Position numbers and translations under genes: made by a program. From Mytilus edulis (Eukaryota), in the NCBI RefSeq assembly GCF_963676685.1, contig NC_092349.1, forward strand, positions 79,980,001 to 80,044,000: a stretch of DNA of 64,000 nucleotides. The letters run 5' to 3'. Below the pieces are notes generated by a model that saw only the letters and a list, made by a program, of their open reading frames with translations, was not told where the DNA came from and made no database searches. This document shows positions 27,001 to 42,000 of the stretch, in pieces (position 1 is the first letter of the stretch; every line of letters starts with the position of its first letter).

Positions 27001-30000
27001 GACTTTTGGAGAGAACTACAACACAAATTCAACAAAAAAACCCAGGGAAGTGTCAATGGAAAGGGGTGTATTGAGTGGTCGGGCACAAAAAAGGGAAAAT
27101 CTGGTTATGGCATACAGGTTGTGAAATGGCCACAGGGGGAGAAAAAAAGGGAGGCTGCACATAGAGTGGCATATATGATTAGGCATAAATTGACCAGATA
27201 TGATATGCCAAGGGTGGATGAAAACAATAATACAATAGAGTGTAGCCATATTTGTCACAATGCATCATGTGTAAATGTAAACCACCTTGTTTTAGAACCT
27301 CATGCTATTAACTTGGACCGACTGCACTGTAAAAACCAGGGACTATGTTCAAAGAGTCACAAACCATATTGTTTAATTTAAAAGTACTAAATTTATTTAT
27401 TTTCGAATAGAAATCTTCTTCTGCTTCTTGTTCTTAACATACGGGTGGTCTTCATGTTTTGATTTTGATGATTTTATGCCGCGGTCAGCTTTCATTAGCA
27501 TATTCTTCTCATATTGGATTATTTCGCTGAGTTTTTCATATAATTTGTATAACTTGCACCTTTTTTCACCTCGAAATACTTTATAATTTACACTTTGTTT
27601 GTGTTTTTTCTGCAAAATGTCAGTTTTTTGAATATTTTTCAGAGCCTTGTATGCACTACTGCCTACTGGAATATCACAGTGTAGAGCACTACAGAGTTCT
27701 AATATAGACTCCCCTGGACCATTATTAACGCTGTGAGCTGCTGCATGTGCACGACCAGACATGTTTTTCTTGAAAGTAACATTTGAAGGTAATGATCTTC
27801 TTAAACACCTATTAAATCCCTCAACAAAATTGGTGTTCATGTTTAACCGTGTCTTTTCAAGCACTTTGGAACCAAGTCGCTTATTTATTTGTTTCCGAAG
27901 CGAGTCTAAATTCTCATTGCAGCTACTTATATTAAAAGAATTTGGTAAGAAAGGACGGCCTTTTAACCACGATCCCTGAAATCCTTTACAGGCAAAGGAG
28001 TTTTTTCTGCACCTGGCATGATCTCCCATGTAGCAGTAAGCTATGGCATCCACAGTGTGAGAAATTTTATTTTTTACTTTGCAAAAGTCTCCAGCATAAA
28101 ATTTATAGGCCAGTAATAGTTCTCTGTTACATCTCTCAGTCAGATCAACAGAGAAATTATTCAAAAGTTTTTGTCTTTTTAGTTTTGTTGTAGCTGGCAT
28201 CACTTTTAAAAGAGTTTTATCTGACTTTGCTCCTTTACGTACATGGTCGGAAAGATGTCTAGTGTCTAAAAAGTTTTCTGGCTCAACAGTATTTATACCC
28301 TCATTGTGAAGGTCCATGGCAGCTTTATAGGCAGAACTGTCTGCATCAGTAACTAAATGCTCAATTTCAAGTTGGTCTTCCTTTAAATCAAGGAGGCATT
28401 CCCTGGCCCAGGTATACTCATCTCCTATACTTTTTACCATGGGTATATTTGCACTGCAATCATCTGTGCAATCTTCATGAAGTCGGCCTGAGTCATTGTC
28501 TACGTCAAGACTAGAATGTTTGGAACAGAGCTTGTTTTTGATATTTAATGCTAATATATTGTGTTTTGATGTTTCATTTTCAGCTGCCGTATAAATTGTT
28601 TGTGTTGCCGGTTGAAATGGAGTGCGGCCTACACCAGAATACAGTGGATTATTGTACATTCCATCCATTTGAACACTTATAGCATGTGGATTTTCCTTGC
28701 CTCTTAACTTATTTATTTCTACAATATCATTTCTTCTTCTTTTCATATCCTGTTTATTAATTTGTTCAATTTGTTTCATGACTGTATTTGCTCTTCTTTG
28801 TAGGCTAGATGTTGTTGGAGCCAAGATGTTACCACTTAAGAAGATTTTTTGTATACCAGAATAAGCAATGGGTGATTGACTCAGGCCGACATGAATTGCA
28901 GTGTCAAGTTTTGATGCTTTTCTCCCAGGTTTCCCACTTTCCAATTCTTCATACAGGGTGTACCGCTTTGATTTGTAATCACACTTTGTGCATATTAGCT
29001 GTTGTCGCGTTCCAAAGCCTCTTTTCTCTTCATTTCCTAAATCGCATAGCAGAATACCTTCACACTGTGGATTTCTCAATTGATGTTCTTTAAATGCTGC
29101 ATTCCACATTTCCTCCATCTTGTATATACATATTGCTCTGTTTGAATTGTAATCCGGTCTAAAAAATATCAAAAAAAATAAAAATTAGACTTAGCAAAGT
29201 ACATATGCCTATTTACTAATTTTGAAAATAGAGTTACCTGCCCCTTAGTTGACAGATATTTTTCTCTGTGATTTTAGATGGTACATAGACTTTTAAATCT
29301 TGCAATATGTATGAAGATGCTTCTTTTTATTAATATATTTGTTGTTTAATTCATAAAAATAACAGTTTATATGATTATACTGTTCTTTTTTAATTAAGAA
29401 AGGTGCATAGTGGCTCAAAATGGGCAATTTTTTGTACTTTTTACTCTATTATTTCCAAATTATTGTCTTTTTTGGTAAAAATATTTCACTTAAACTGTTT
29501 ATGAGTAAATATTATTCAATTGTTAGCTTACCTTTTGTCCTTTTTAGCATTTTTCCTAATTGGTTTGGTAAGAAGCACCTCATCACTCATTGGACGGAGT
29601 AATCTTGCAGCACGGCACACCCTTTTGGATTTCTCCTGTGGATTAGCATACGGATCATTCACTACTAAATTGTGTTTTTCTTTGGTAAGTCTAATGTACT
29701 TAGATGTGTAAGAGTCACTTTTATTTTGTTTCACAGTCTTTCTTTTCTTGTTATAAGGAACATTTCCACCTTTGAATTTGTGTGTATTTCCCTTTTGGAA
29801 TACCATATTTAGTAAAACAACAGAATTTTCACTTATATTCTACACTGTCTTTTTTTTTTATATGCTGATTTTGAATAATGTTCTTATAATTTCTTTTTGC
29901 AATATAAGTTGAAATCAAATGCTCACTAATTTATAGAAGAAATTGAAAAGAAACAGATGACCCCTTAAATTTTTACAGAATTTCTAAATAGACAACAAGA

Positions 30001-33000
30001 TAATGTTTTGATATTTTTATAGTTTCTGTGAGGACAGCCAGATTTAATGCATATCATCTTTATTTCTCTTATCATTGGTAATAAAATGATAGAGGTTAAT
30101 GATTCAAAGTGCCTCTTCAGTACACTTTTTTTTGGACAAAAGTTTTGAAAATATATGAAAAAAGACTGTTTTTCACTATTTTCAATAAATCTTGGGTATA
30201 TTCCACCCTGAATAAAATTTGAAATCAACTTATACATACGCAAAGAAACATTGCTTATATGTACATGAAAAAACAACATTTGTATTTTTTTGTAGAATTT
30301 TAATGCTTGAATTTTTCATTTAAACTTCTGTTTCAGTTGGTATTGCTGACTAAATCTTCTACTGGCCGCAAACATGGGATGAAGTATAGAAATGTCCATT
30401 TCTCAAAGAAGACTTCACAGATCACTTCCTAATTTGGTGTGTGTGATAGACATAGATAGTTGTATATGCAGGCAAAAATAAAGTCTCATTTGAAAACTTT
30501 TTATTCTTTCTATAGAATTTCTCTACTTTCACTTTCGATATTGGATTTTCAGAAAATCTGACTCTGAATCAAACATTCAATTGATTTTGATTGAATTTTA
30601 ATCAATATGGATGACTTTTGGAGAGAACTACAACACAAATTCAACAAAAAAACCCAGGGAAGTGTCAATGGAAAGGGGTGTATTGAGTGGTCGGGCACAA
30701 AAAAGGGAAAATCTGGTTATGGCATACAGGTTGTGAAATGGCCACAGGGGGAGAAAAAAAGGGAGGCTGCACATAGAGTGGCATATATGATTAGGCATAA
30801 ATTGACCAGATATGATATGCCAAGGGTGGATGAAAACAATAATACAATAGAGTGTAGCCATATTTGTCACAATGCATCATGTGTAAATGTAAACCACCTT
30901 GTTTTAGAACCTCATGCTATTAACTTGGACCGACTGCACTGTAAAAACCAGGGACTATGTTCAAAGAGTCACAAACCATATTGTTTAATTTAAAAGTACT
31001 AAATTTATTTATTTTCGAATAGAAATCTTCTTCTGCTTCTTGTTCTTAACATACGGGTGGTCTTCATGTTTTGATTTTGATGATTTTATGCCGCGGTCAG
31101 CTTTCATTAGCATATTCTTCTCATATTGGATTATTTCGCTGAGTTTTTCATATAATTTGTATAACTTGCACCTTTTTTCACCTCGAAATACTTTATAATT
31201 TACACTTTGTTTGTGTTTTTTCTGCAAAATGTCAGTTTTTTGAATATTTTTCAGAGCCTTGTATGCACTACTGCCTACTGGAATATCACAGTGTAGAGCA
31301 CTACAGAGTTCTAATATAGACTCCCCTGGACCATTATTAACGCTGTGAGCTGCTGCATGTGCACGACCAGACATGTTTTTCTTGAAAGTAACATTTGAAG
31401 GTAATGATCTTCTTAAACACCTATTAAATCCCTCAACAAAATTGGTGTTCATGTTTAACCGTGTCTTTTCAAGCACTTTGGAACCAAGTCGCTTATTTAT
31501 TTGTTTCCGAAGCGAGTCTAAATTCTCATTGCAGCTACTTATATTAAAAGAATTTGGTAAGAAAGGACGGCCTTTTAACCACGATCCCTGAAATCCTTTA
31601 CAGGCAAAGGAGTTTTTTCTGCACCTGGCATGATCTCCCATGTAGCAGTAAGCTATGGCATCCACAGTGTGAGAAATTTTATTTTTTACTTTGCAAAAGT
31701 CTCCAGCATAAAATTTATAGGCCAGTAATAGTTCTCTGTTACATCTCTCAGTCAGATCAACAGAGAAATTATTCAAAAGTTTTTGTCTTTTTAGTTTTGT
31801 TGTAGCTGGCATCACTTTTAAAAGAGTTTTATCTGACTTTGCTCCTTTACGTACATGGTCGGAAAGATGTCTAGTGTCTAAAAAGTTTTCTGGCTCAACA
31901 GTATTTATACCCTCATTGTGAAGGTCCATGGCAGCTTTATAGGCAGAACTGTCTGCATCAGTAACTAAATGCTCAATTTCAAGTTGGTCTTCCTTTAAAT
32001 CAAGGAGGCATTCCCTGGCCCAGGTATACTCATCTCCTATACTTTTTACCATGGGTATATTTGCACTGCAATCATCTGTGCAATCTTCATGAAGTCGGCC
32101 TGAGTCATTGTCTACGTCAAGACTAGAATGTTTGGAACAGAGCTTGTTTTTGATATTTAATGCTAATATATTGTGTTTTGATGTTTCATTTTCAGCTGCC
32201 GTATAAATTGTTTGTGTTGCCGGTTGAAATGGAGTGCGGCCTACACCAGAATACAGTGGATTATTGTACATTCCATCCATTTGAACACTTATAGCATGTG
32301 GATTTTCCTTGCCTCTTAACTTATTTATTTCTACAATATCATTTCTTCTTCTTTTCATATCCTGTTTATTAATTTGTTCAATTTGTTTCATGACTGTATT
32401 TGCTCTTCTTTGTAGGCTAGATGTTGTTGGAGCCAAGATGTTACCACTTAAGAAGATTTTTTGTATACCAGAATAAGCAATGGGTGATTGACTCAGGCCG
32501 ACATGAATTGCAGTGTCAAGTTTTGATGCTTTTCTCCCAGGTTTCCCACTTTCCAATTCTTCATACAGGGTGTACCGCTTTGATTTGTAATCACACTTTG
32601 TGCATATTAGCTGTTGTCGCGTTCCAAAGCCTCTTTTCTCTTCATTTCCTAAATCGCATAGCAGAATACCTTCACACTGTGGATTTCTCAATTGATGTTC
32701 TTTAAATGCTGCATTCCACATTTCCTCCATCTTGTATATACATATTGCTCTGTTTGAATTGTAATCCGGTCTAAAAAATATCAAAAAAAATAAAAATTAG
32801 ACTTAGCAAAGTACATATGCCTATTTACTAATTTTGAAAATAGAGTTACCTGCCCCTTAGTTGACAGATATTTTTCTCTGTGATTTTAGATGGTACATAG
32901 ACTTTTAAATCTTGCAATATGTATGAAGATGCTTCTTTTTATTAATATATTTGTTGTTTAATTCATAAAAATAACAGTTTATATGATTATACTGTTCTTT

Positions 33001-36000
33001 TTTAATTAAGAAAGGTGCATAGTGGCTCAAAATGGGCAATTTTTTGTACTTTTTACTCTATTATTTCCAAATTATTGTCTTTTTTGGTAAAAATATTTCA
33101 CTTAAACTGTTTATGAGTAAATATTATTCAATTGTTAGCTTACCTTTTGTCCTTTTTAGCATTTTTCCTAATTGGTTTGGTAAGAAGCACCTCATCACTC
33201 ATTGGACGGAGTAATCTTGCAGCACGGCACACCCTTTTGGATTTCTCCTGTGGATTAGCATACGGATCATTCACTACTAAATTGTGTTTTTCTTTGGTAA
33301 GTCTAATGTACTTAGATGTGTAAGAGTCACTTTTATTTTGTTTCACAGTCTTTCTTTTCTTGTTATAAGGAACATTTCCACCTTTGAATTTGTGTGTATT
33401 TCCCTTTTGGAATACCATATTTAGTAAAACAACAGAATTTTCACTTATATTCTACACTGTCTTTTTTTTTTATATGCTGATTTTGAATAATGTTCTTATA
33501 ATTTCTTTTTGCAATATAAGTTGAAATCAAATGCTCACTAATTTATAGAAGAAATTGAAAAGAAACAGATGACCCCTTAAATTTTTACAGAATTTCTAAA
33601 TAGACAACAAGATAATGTTTTGATATTTTTATAGTTTCTGTGAGGACAGCCAGATTTAATGCATATCATCTTTATTTCTCTTATCATTGGTAATAAAATG
33701 ATAGAGGTTAATGATTCAAAGTGCCTCTTCAGTACACTTTTTTTTGGACAAAAGTTTTGAAAATATATGAAAAAAGACTGTTTTTCACTATTTTCAATAA
33801 ATCTTGGGTATATTCCACCCTGAATAAAATTTGAAATCAACTTATACATACGCAAAGAAACATTGCTTATATGTACATGAAAAAACAACATTTGTATTTT
33901 TTTGTAGAATTTTAATGCTTGAATTTTTCATTTAAACTTCTGTTTCAGTTGGTATTGCTGACTAAATCTTCTACTGGCCGCAAACATGGGATGAAGTATA
34001 GAAATGTCCATTTCTCAAAGAAGACTTCACAGATCACTTCCTAATTTGGTGTGTGTGATAGACATAGATAGTTGTATATGCAGGCAAAAATAAAGTCTCA
34101 TTTGAAAACTTTTTATTCTTTCTATAGAATTTCTCTACTTTCACTTTCGATATTGGATTTTCAGAAAATCTGACTCTGAATCAAACATTCAATTGATTTT
34201 GATTGAATTTTAATCAATATGGATGACTTTTGGAGAGAACTACAACACAAATTCAACAAAAAAACCCAGGGAAGTGTCAATGGAAAGGGGTGTATTGAGT
34301 GGTCGGGCACAAAAAAGGGAAAATCTGGTTATGGCATACAGGTTGTGAAATGGCCACAGGGGGAGAAAAAAAGGGAGGCTGCACATAGAGTGGCATATAT
34401 GATTAGGCATAAATTGACCAGATATGATATGCCAAGGGTGGATGAAAACAATAATACAATAGAGTGTAGCCATATTTGTCACAATGCATCATGTGTAAAT
34501 GTAAACCACCTTGTTTTAGAACCTCATGCTATTAACTTGGACCGACTGCACTGTAAAAACCAGGGACTATGTTCAAAGAGTCACAAACCATATTGTTTAA
34601 TTTAAAAGTACTAAATTTATTTATTTTCGAATAGAAATCTTCTTCTGCTTCTTGTTCTTAACATACGGGTGGTCTTCATGTTTTGATTTTGATGATTTTA
34701 TGCCGCGGTCAGCTTTCATTAGCATATTCTTCTCATATTGGATTATTTCGCTGAGTTTTTCATATAATTTGTATAACTTGCACCTTTTTTCACCTCGAAA
34801 TACTTTATAATTTACACTTTGTTTGTGTTTTTTCTGCAAAATGTCAGTTTTTTGAATATTTTTCAGAGCCTTGTATGCACTACTGCCTACTGGAATATCA
34901 CAGTGTAGAGCACTACAGAGTTCTAATATAGACTCCCCTGGACCATTATTAACGCTGTGAGCTGCTGCATGTGCACGACCAGACATGTTTTTCTTGAAAG
35001 TAACATTTGAAGGTAATGATCTTCTTAAACACCTATTAAATCCCTCAACAAAATTGGTGTTCATGTTTAACCGTGTCTTTTCAAGCACTTTGGAACCAAG
35101 TCGCTTATTTATTTGTTTCCGAAGCGAGTCTAAATTCTCATTGCAGCTACTTATATTAAAAGAATTTGGTAAGAAAGGACGGCCTTTTAACCACGATCCC
35201 TGAAATCCTTTACAGGCAAAGGAGTTTTTTCTGCACCTGGCATGATCTCCCATGTAGCAGTAAGCTATGGCATCCACAGTGTGAGAAATTTTATTTTTTA
35301 CTTTGCAAAAGTCTCCAGCATAAAATTTATAGGCCAGTAATAGTTCTCTGTTACATCTCTCAGTCAGATCAACAGAGAAATTATTCAAAAGTTTTTGTCT
35401 TTTTAGTTTTGTTGTAGCTGGCATCACTTTTAAAAGAGTTTTATCTGACTTTGCTCCTTTACGTACATGGTCGGAAAGATGTCTAGTGTCTAAAAAGTTT
35501 TCTGGCTCAACAGTATTTATACCCTCATTGTGAAGGTCCATGGCAGCTTTATAGGCAGAACTGTCTGCATCAGTAACTAAATGCTCAATTTCAAGTTGGT
35601 CTTCCTTTAAATCAAGGAGGCATTCCCTGGCCCAGGTATACTCATCTCCTATACTTTTTACCATGGGTATATTTGCACTGCAATCATCTGTGCAATCTTC
35701 ATGAAGTCGGCCTGAGTCATTGTCTACGTCAAGACTAGAATGTTTGGAACAGAGCTTGTTTTTGATATTTAATGCTAATATATTGTGTTTTGATGTTTCA
35801 TTTTCAGCTGCCGTATAAATTGTTTGTGTTGCCGGTTGAAATGGAGTGCGGCCTACACCAGAATACAGTGGATTATTGTACATTCCATCCATTTGAACAC
35901 TTATAGCATGTGGATTTTCCTTGCCTCTTAACTTATTTATTTCTACAATATCATTTCTTCTTCTTTTCATATCCTGTTTATTAATTTGTTCAATTTGTTT

Positions 36001-39000
36001 CATGACTGTATTTGCTCTTCTTTGTAGGCTAGATGTTGTTGGAGCCAAGATGTTACCACTTAAGAAGATTTTTTGTATACCAGAATAAGCAATGGGTGAT
36101 TGACTCAGGCCGACATGAATTGCAGTGTCAAGTTTTGATGCTTTTCTCCCAGGTTTCCCACTTTCCAATTCTTCATACAGGGTGTACCGCTTTGATTTGT
36201 AATCACACTTTGTGCATATTAGCTGTTGTCGCGTTCCAAAGCCTCTTTTCTCTTCATTTCCTAAATCGCATAGCAGAATACCTTCACACTGTGGATTTCT
36301 CAATTGATGTTCTTTAAATGCTGCATTCCACATTTCCTCCATCTTGTATATACATATTGCTCTGTTTGAATTGTAATCCGGTCTAAAAAATATCAAAAAA
36401 AATAAAAATTAGACTTAGCAAAGTACATATGCCTATTTACTAATTTTGAAAATAGAGTTACCTGCCCCTTAGTTGACAGATATTTTTCTCTGTGATTTTA
36501 GATGGTACATAGACTTTTAAATCTTGCAATATGTATGAAGATGCTTCTTTTTATTAATATATTTGTTGTTTAATTCATAAAAATAACAGTTTATATGATT
36601 ATACTGTTCTTTTTTAATTAAGAAAGGTGCATAGTGGCTCAAAATGGGCAATTTTTTGTACTTTTTACTCTATTATTTCCAAATTATTGTCTTTTTTGGT
36701 AAAAATATTTCACTTAAACTGTTTATGAGTAAATATTATTCAATTGTTAGCTTACCTTTTGTCCTTTTTAGCATTTTTCCTAATTGGTTTGGTAAGAAGC
36801 ACCTCATCACTCATTGGACGGAGTAATCTTGCAGCACGGCACACCCTTTTGGATTTCTCCTGTGGATTAGCATACGGATCATTCACTACTAAATTGTGTT
36901 TTTCTTTGGTAAGTCTAATGTACTTAGATGTGTAAGAGTCACTTTTATTTTGTTTCACAGTCTTTCTTTTCTTGTTATAAGGAACATTTCCACCTTTGAA
37001 TTTGTGTGTATTTCCCTTTTGGAATACCATATTTAGTAAAACAACAGAATTTTCACTTATATTCTACACTGTCTTTTTTTTTTATATGCTGATTTTGAAT
37101 AATGTTCTTATAATTTCTTTTTGCAATATAAGTTGAAATCAAATGCTCACTAATTTATAGAAGAAATTGAAAAGAAACAGATGACCCCTTAAATTTTTAC
37201 AGAATTTCTAAATAGACAACAAGATAATGTTTTGATATTTTTATAGTTTCTGTGAGGACAGCCAGATTTAATGCATATCATCTTTATTTCTCTTATCATT
37301 GGTAATAAAATGATAGAGGTTAATGATTCAAAGTGCCTCTTCAGTACACTTTTTTTTGGACAAAAGTTTTGAAAATATATGAAAAAAGACTGTTTTTCAC
37401 TATTTTCAATAAATCTTGGGTATATTCCACCCTGAATAAAATTTGAAATCAACTTATACATACGCAAAGAAACATTGCTTATATGTACATGAAAAAACAA
37501 CATTTGTATTTTTTTGTAGAATTTTAATGCTTGAATTTTTCATTTAAACTTCTGTTTCAGTTGGTATTGCTGACTAAATCTTCTACTGGCCGCAAACATG
37601 GGATGAAGTATAGAAATGTCCATTTCTCAAAGAAGACTTCACAGATCACTTCCTAATTTGGTGTGTGTGATAGACATAGATAGTTGTATATGCAGGCAAA
37701 AATAAAGTCTCATTTGAAAACTTTTTATTCTTTCTATAGAATTTCTCTACTTTCACTTTCGATATTGGATTTTCAGAAAATCTGACTCTGAATCAAACAT
37801 TCAATTGATTTTGATTGAATTTTAATCAATATGGATGACTTTTGGAGAGAACTACAACACAAATTCAACAAAAAAACCCAGGGAAGTGTCAATGGAAAGG
37901 GGTGTATTGAGTGGTCGGGCACAAAAAAGGGAAAATCTGGTTATGGCATACAGGTTGTGAAATGGCCACAGGGGGAGAAAAAAAGGGAGGCTGCACATAG
38001 AGTGGCATATATGATTAGGCATAAATTGACCAGATATGATATGCCAAGGGTGGATGAAAACAATAATACAATAGAGTGTAGCCATATTTGTCACAATGCA
38101 TCATGTGTAAATGTAAACCACCTTGTTTTAGAACCTCATGCTATTAACTTGGACCGACTGCACTGTAAAAACCAGGGACTATGTTCAAAGAGTCACAAAC
38201 CATATTGTTTAATTTAAAAGTACTAAATTTATTTATTTTCGAATAGAAATCTTCTTCTGCTTCTTGTTCTTAACATACGGGTGGTCTTCATGTTTTGATT
38301 TTGATGATTTTATGCCGCGGTCAGCTTTCATTAGCATATTCTTCTCATATTGGATTATTTCGCTGAGTTTTTCATATAATTTGTATAACTTGCACCTTTT
38401 TTCACCTCGAAATACTTTATAATTTACACTTTGTTTGTGTTTTTTCTGCAAAATGTCAGTTTTTTGAATATTTTTCAGAGCCTTGTATGCACTACTGCCT
38501 ACTGGAATATCACAGTGTAGAGCACTACAGAGTTCTAATATAGACTCCCCTGGACCATTATTAACGCTGTGAGCTGCTGCATGTGCACGACCAGACATGT
38601 TTTTCTTGAAAGTAACATTTGAAGGTAATGATCTTCTTAAACACCTATTAAATCCCTCAACAAAATTGGTGTTCATGTTTAACCGTGTCTTTTCAAGCAC
38701 TTTGGAACCAAGTCGCTTATTTATTTGTTTCCGAAGCGAGTCTAAATTCTCATTGCAGCTACTTATATTAAAAGAATTTGGTAAGAAAGGACGGCCTTTT
38801 AACCACGATCCCTGAAATCCTTTACAGGCAAAGGAGTTTTTTCTGCACCTGGCATGATCTCCCATGTAGCAGTAAGCTATGGCATCCACAGTGTGAGAAA
38901 TTTTATTTTTTACTTTGCAAAAGTCTCCAGCATAAAATTTATAGGCCAGTAATAGTTCTCTGTTACATCTCTCAGTCAGATCAACAGAGAAATTATTCAA

Positions 39001-42000
39001 AAGTTTTTGTCTTTTTAGTTTTGTTGTAGCTGGCATCACTTTTAAAAGAGTTTTATCTGACTTTGCTCCTTTACGTACATGGTCGGAAAGATGTCTAGTG
39101 TCTAAAAAGTTTTCTGGCTCAACAGTATTTATACCCTCATTGTGAAGGTCCATGGCAGCTTTATAGGCAGAACTGTCTGCATCAGTAACTAAATGCTCAA
39201 TTTCAAGTTGGTCTTCCTTTAAATCAAGGAGGCATTCCCTGGCCCAGGTATACTCATCTCCTATACTTTTTACCATGGGTATATTTGCACTGCAATCATC
39301 TGTGCAATCTTCATGAAGTCGGCCTGAGTCATTGTCTACGTCAAGACTAGAATGTTTGGAACAGAGCTTGTTTTTGATATTTAATGCTAATATATTGTGT
39401 TTTGATGTTTCATTTTCAGCTGCCGTATAAATTGTTTGTGTTGCCGGTTGAAATGGAGTGCGGCCTACACCAGAATACAGTGGATTATTGTACATTCCAT
39501 CCATTTGAACACTTATAGCATGTGGATTTTCCTTGCCTCTTAACTTATTTATTTCTACAATATCATTTCTTCTTCTTTTCATATCCTGTTTATTAATTTG
39601 TTCAATTTGTTTCATGACTGTATTTGCTCTTCTTTGTAGGCTAGATGTTGTTGGAGCCAAGATGTTACCACTTAAGAAGATTTTTTGTATACCAGAATAA
39701 GCAATGGGTGATTGACTCAGGCCGACATGAATTGCAGTGTCAAGTTTTGATGCTTTTCTCCCAGGTTTCCCACTTTCCAATTCTTCATACAGGGTGTACC
39801 GCTTTGATTTGTAATCACACTTTGTGCATATTAGCTGTTGTCGCGTTCCAAAGCCTCTTTTCTCTTCATTTCCTAAATCGCATAGCAGAATACCTTCACA
39901 CTGTGGATTTCTCAATTGATGTTCTTTAAATGCTGCATTCCACATTTCCTCCATCTTGTATATACATATTGCTCTGTTTGAATTGTAATCCGGTCTAAAA
40001 AATATCAAAAAAAATAAAAATTAGACTTAGCAAAGTACATATGCCTATTTACTAATTTTGAAAATAGAGTTACCTGCCCCTTAGTTGACAGATATTTTTC
40101 TCTGTGATTTTAGATGGTACATAGACTTTTAAATCTTGCAATATGTATGAAGATGCTTCTTTTTATTAATATATTTGTTGTTTAATTCATAAAAATAACA
40201 GTTTATATGATTATACTGTTCTTTTTTAATTAAGAAAGGTGCATAGTGGCTCAAAATGGGCAATTTTTTGTACTTTTTACTCTATTATTTCCAAATTATT
40301 GTCTTTTTTGGTAAAAATATTTCACTTAAACTGTTTATGAGTAAATATTATTCAATTGTTAGCTTACCTTTTGTCCTTTTTAGCATTTTTCCTAATTGGT
40401 TTGGTAAGAAGCACCTCATCACTCATTGGACGGAGTAATCTTGCAGCACGGCACACCCTTTTGGATTTCTCCTGTGGATTAGCATACGGATCATTCACTA
40501 CTAAATTGTGTTTTTCTTTGGTAAGTCTAATGTACTTAGATGTGTAAGAGTCACTTTTATTTTGTTTCACAGTCTTTCTTTTCTTGTTATAAGGAACATT
40601 TCCACCTTTGAATTTGTGTGTATTTCCCTTTTGGAATACCATATTTAGTAAAACAACAGAATTTTCACTTATATTCTACACTGTCTTTTTTTTTTATATG
40701 CTGATTTTGAATAATGTTCTTATAATTTCTTTTTGCAATATAAGTTGAAATCAAATGCTCACTAATTTATAGAAGAAATTGAAAAGAAACAGATGACCCC
40801 TTAAATTTTTACAGAATTTCTAAATAGACAACAAGATAATGTTTTGATATTTTTATAGTTTCTGTGAGGACAGCCAGATTTAATGCATATCATCTTTATT
40901 TCTCTTATCATTGGTAATAAAATGATAGAGGTTAATGATTCAAAGTGCCTCTTCAGTACACTTTTTTTTGGACAAAAGTTTTGAAAATATATGAAAAAAG
41001 ACTGTTTTTCACTATTTTCAATAAATCTTGGGTATATTCCACCCTGAATAAAATTTGAAATCAACTTATACATACGCAAAGAAACATTGCTTATATGTAC
41101 ATGAAAAAACAACATTTGTATTTTTTTGTAGAATTTTAATGCTTGAATTTTTCATTTAAACTTCTGTTTCAGTTGGTATTGCTGACTAAATCTTCTACTG
41201 GCCGCAAACATGGGATGAAGTATAGAAATGTCCATTTCTCAAAGAAGACTTCACAGATCACTTCCTAATTTGGTGTGTGTGATAGACATAGATAGTTGTA
41301 TATGCAGGCAAAAATAAAGTCTCATTTGAAAACTTTTTATTCTTTCTATAGAATTTCTCTACTTTCACTTTCGATATTGGATTTTCAGAAAATCTGACTC
41401 TGAATCAAACATTCAATTGATTTTGATTGAATTTTAATCAATATGGATGACTTTTGGAGAGAACTACAACACAAATTCAACAAAAAAACCCAGGGAAGTG
41501 TCAATGGAAAGGGGTGTATTGAGTGGTCGGGCACAAAAAAGGGAAAATCTGGTTATGGCATACAGGTTGTGAAATGGCCACAGGGGGAGAAAAAAAGGGA
41601 GGCTGCACATAGAGTGGCATATATGATTAGGCATAAATTGACCAGATATGATATGCCAAGGGTGGATGAAAACAATAATACAATAGAGTGTAGCCATATT
41701 TGTCACAATGCATCATGTGTAAATGTAAACCACCTTGTTTTAGAACCTCATGCTATTAACTTGGACCGACTGCACTGTAAAAACCAGGGACTATGTTCAA
41801 AGAGTCACAAACCATATTGTTTAATTTAAAAGTACTAAATTTATTTATTTTCGAATAGAAATCTTCTTCTGCTTCTTGTTCTTAACATACGGGTGGTCTT
41901 CATGTTTTGATTTTGATGATTTTATGCCGCGGTCAGCTTTCATTAGCATATTCTTCTCATATTGGATTATTTCGCTGAGTTTTTCATATAATTTGTATAA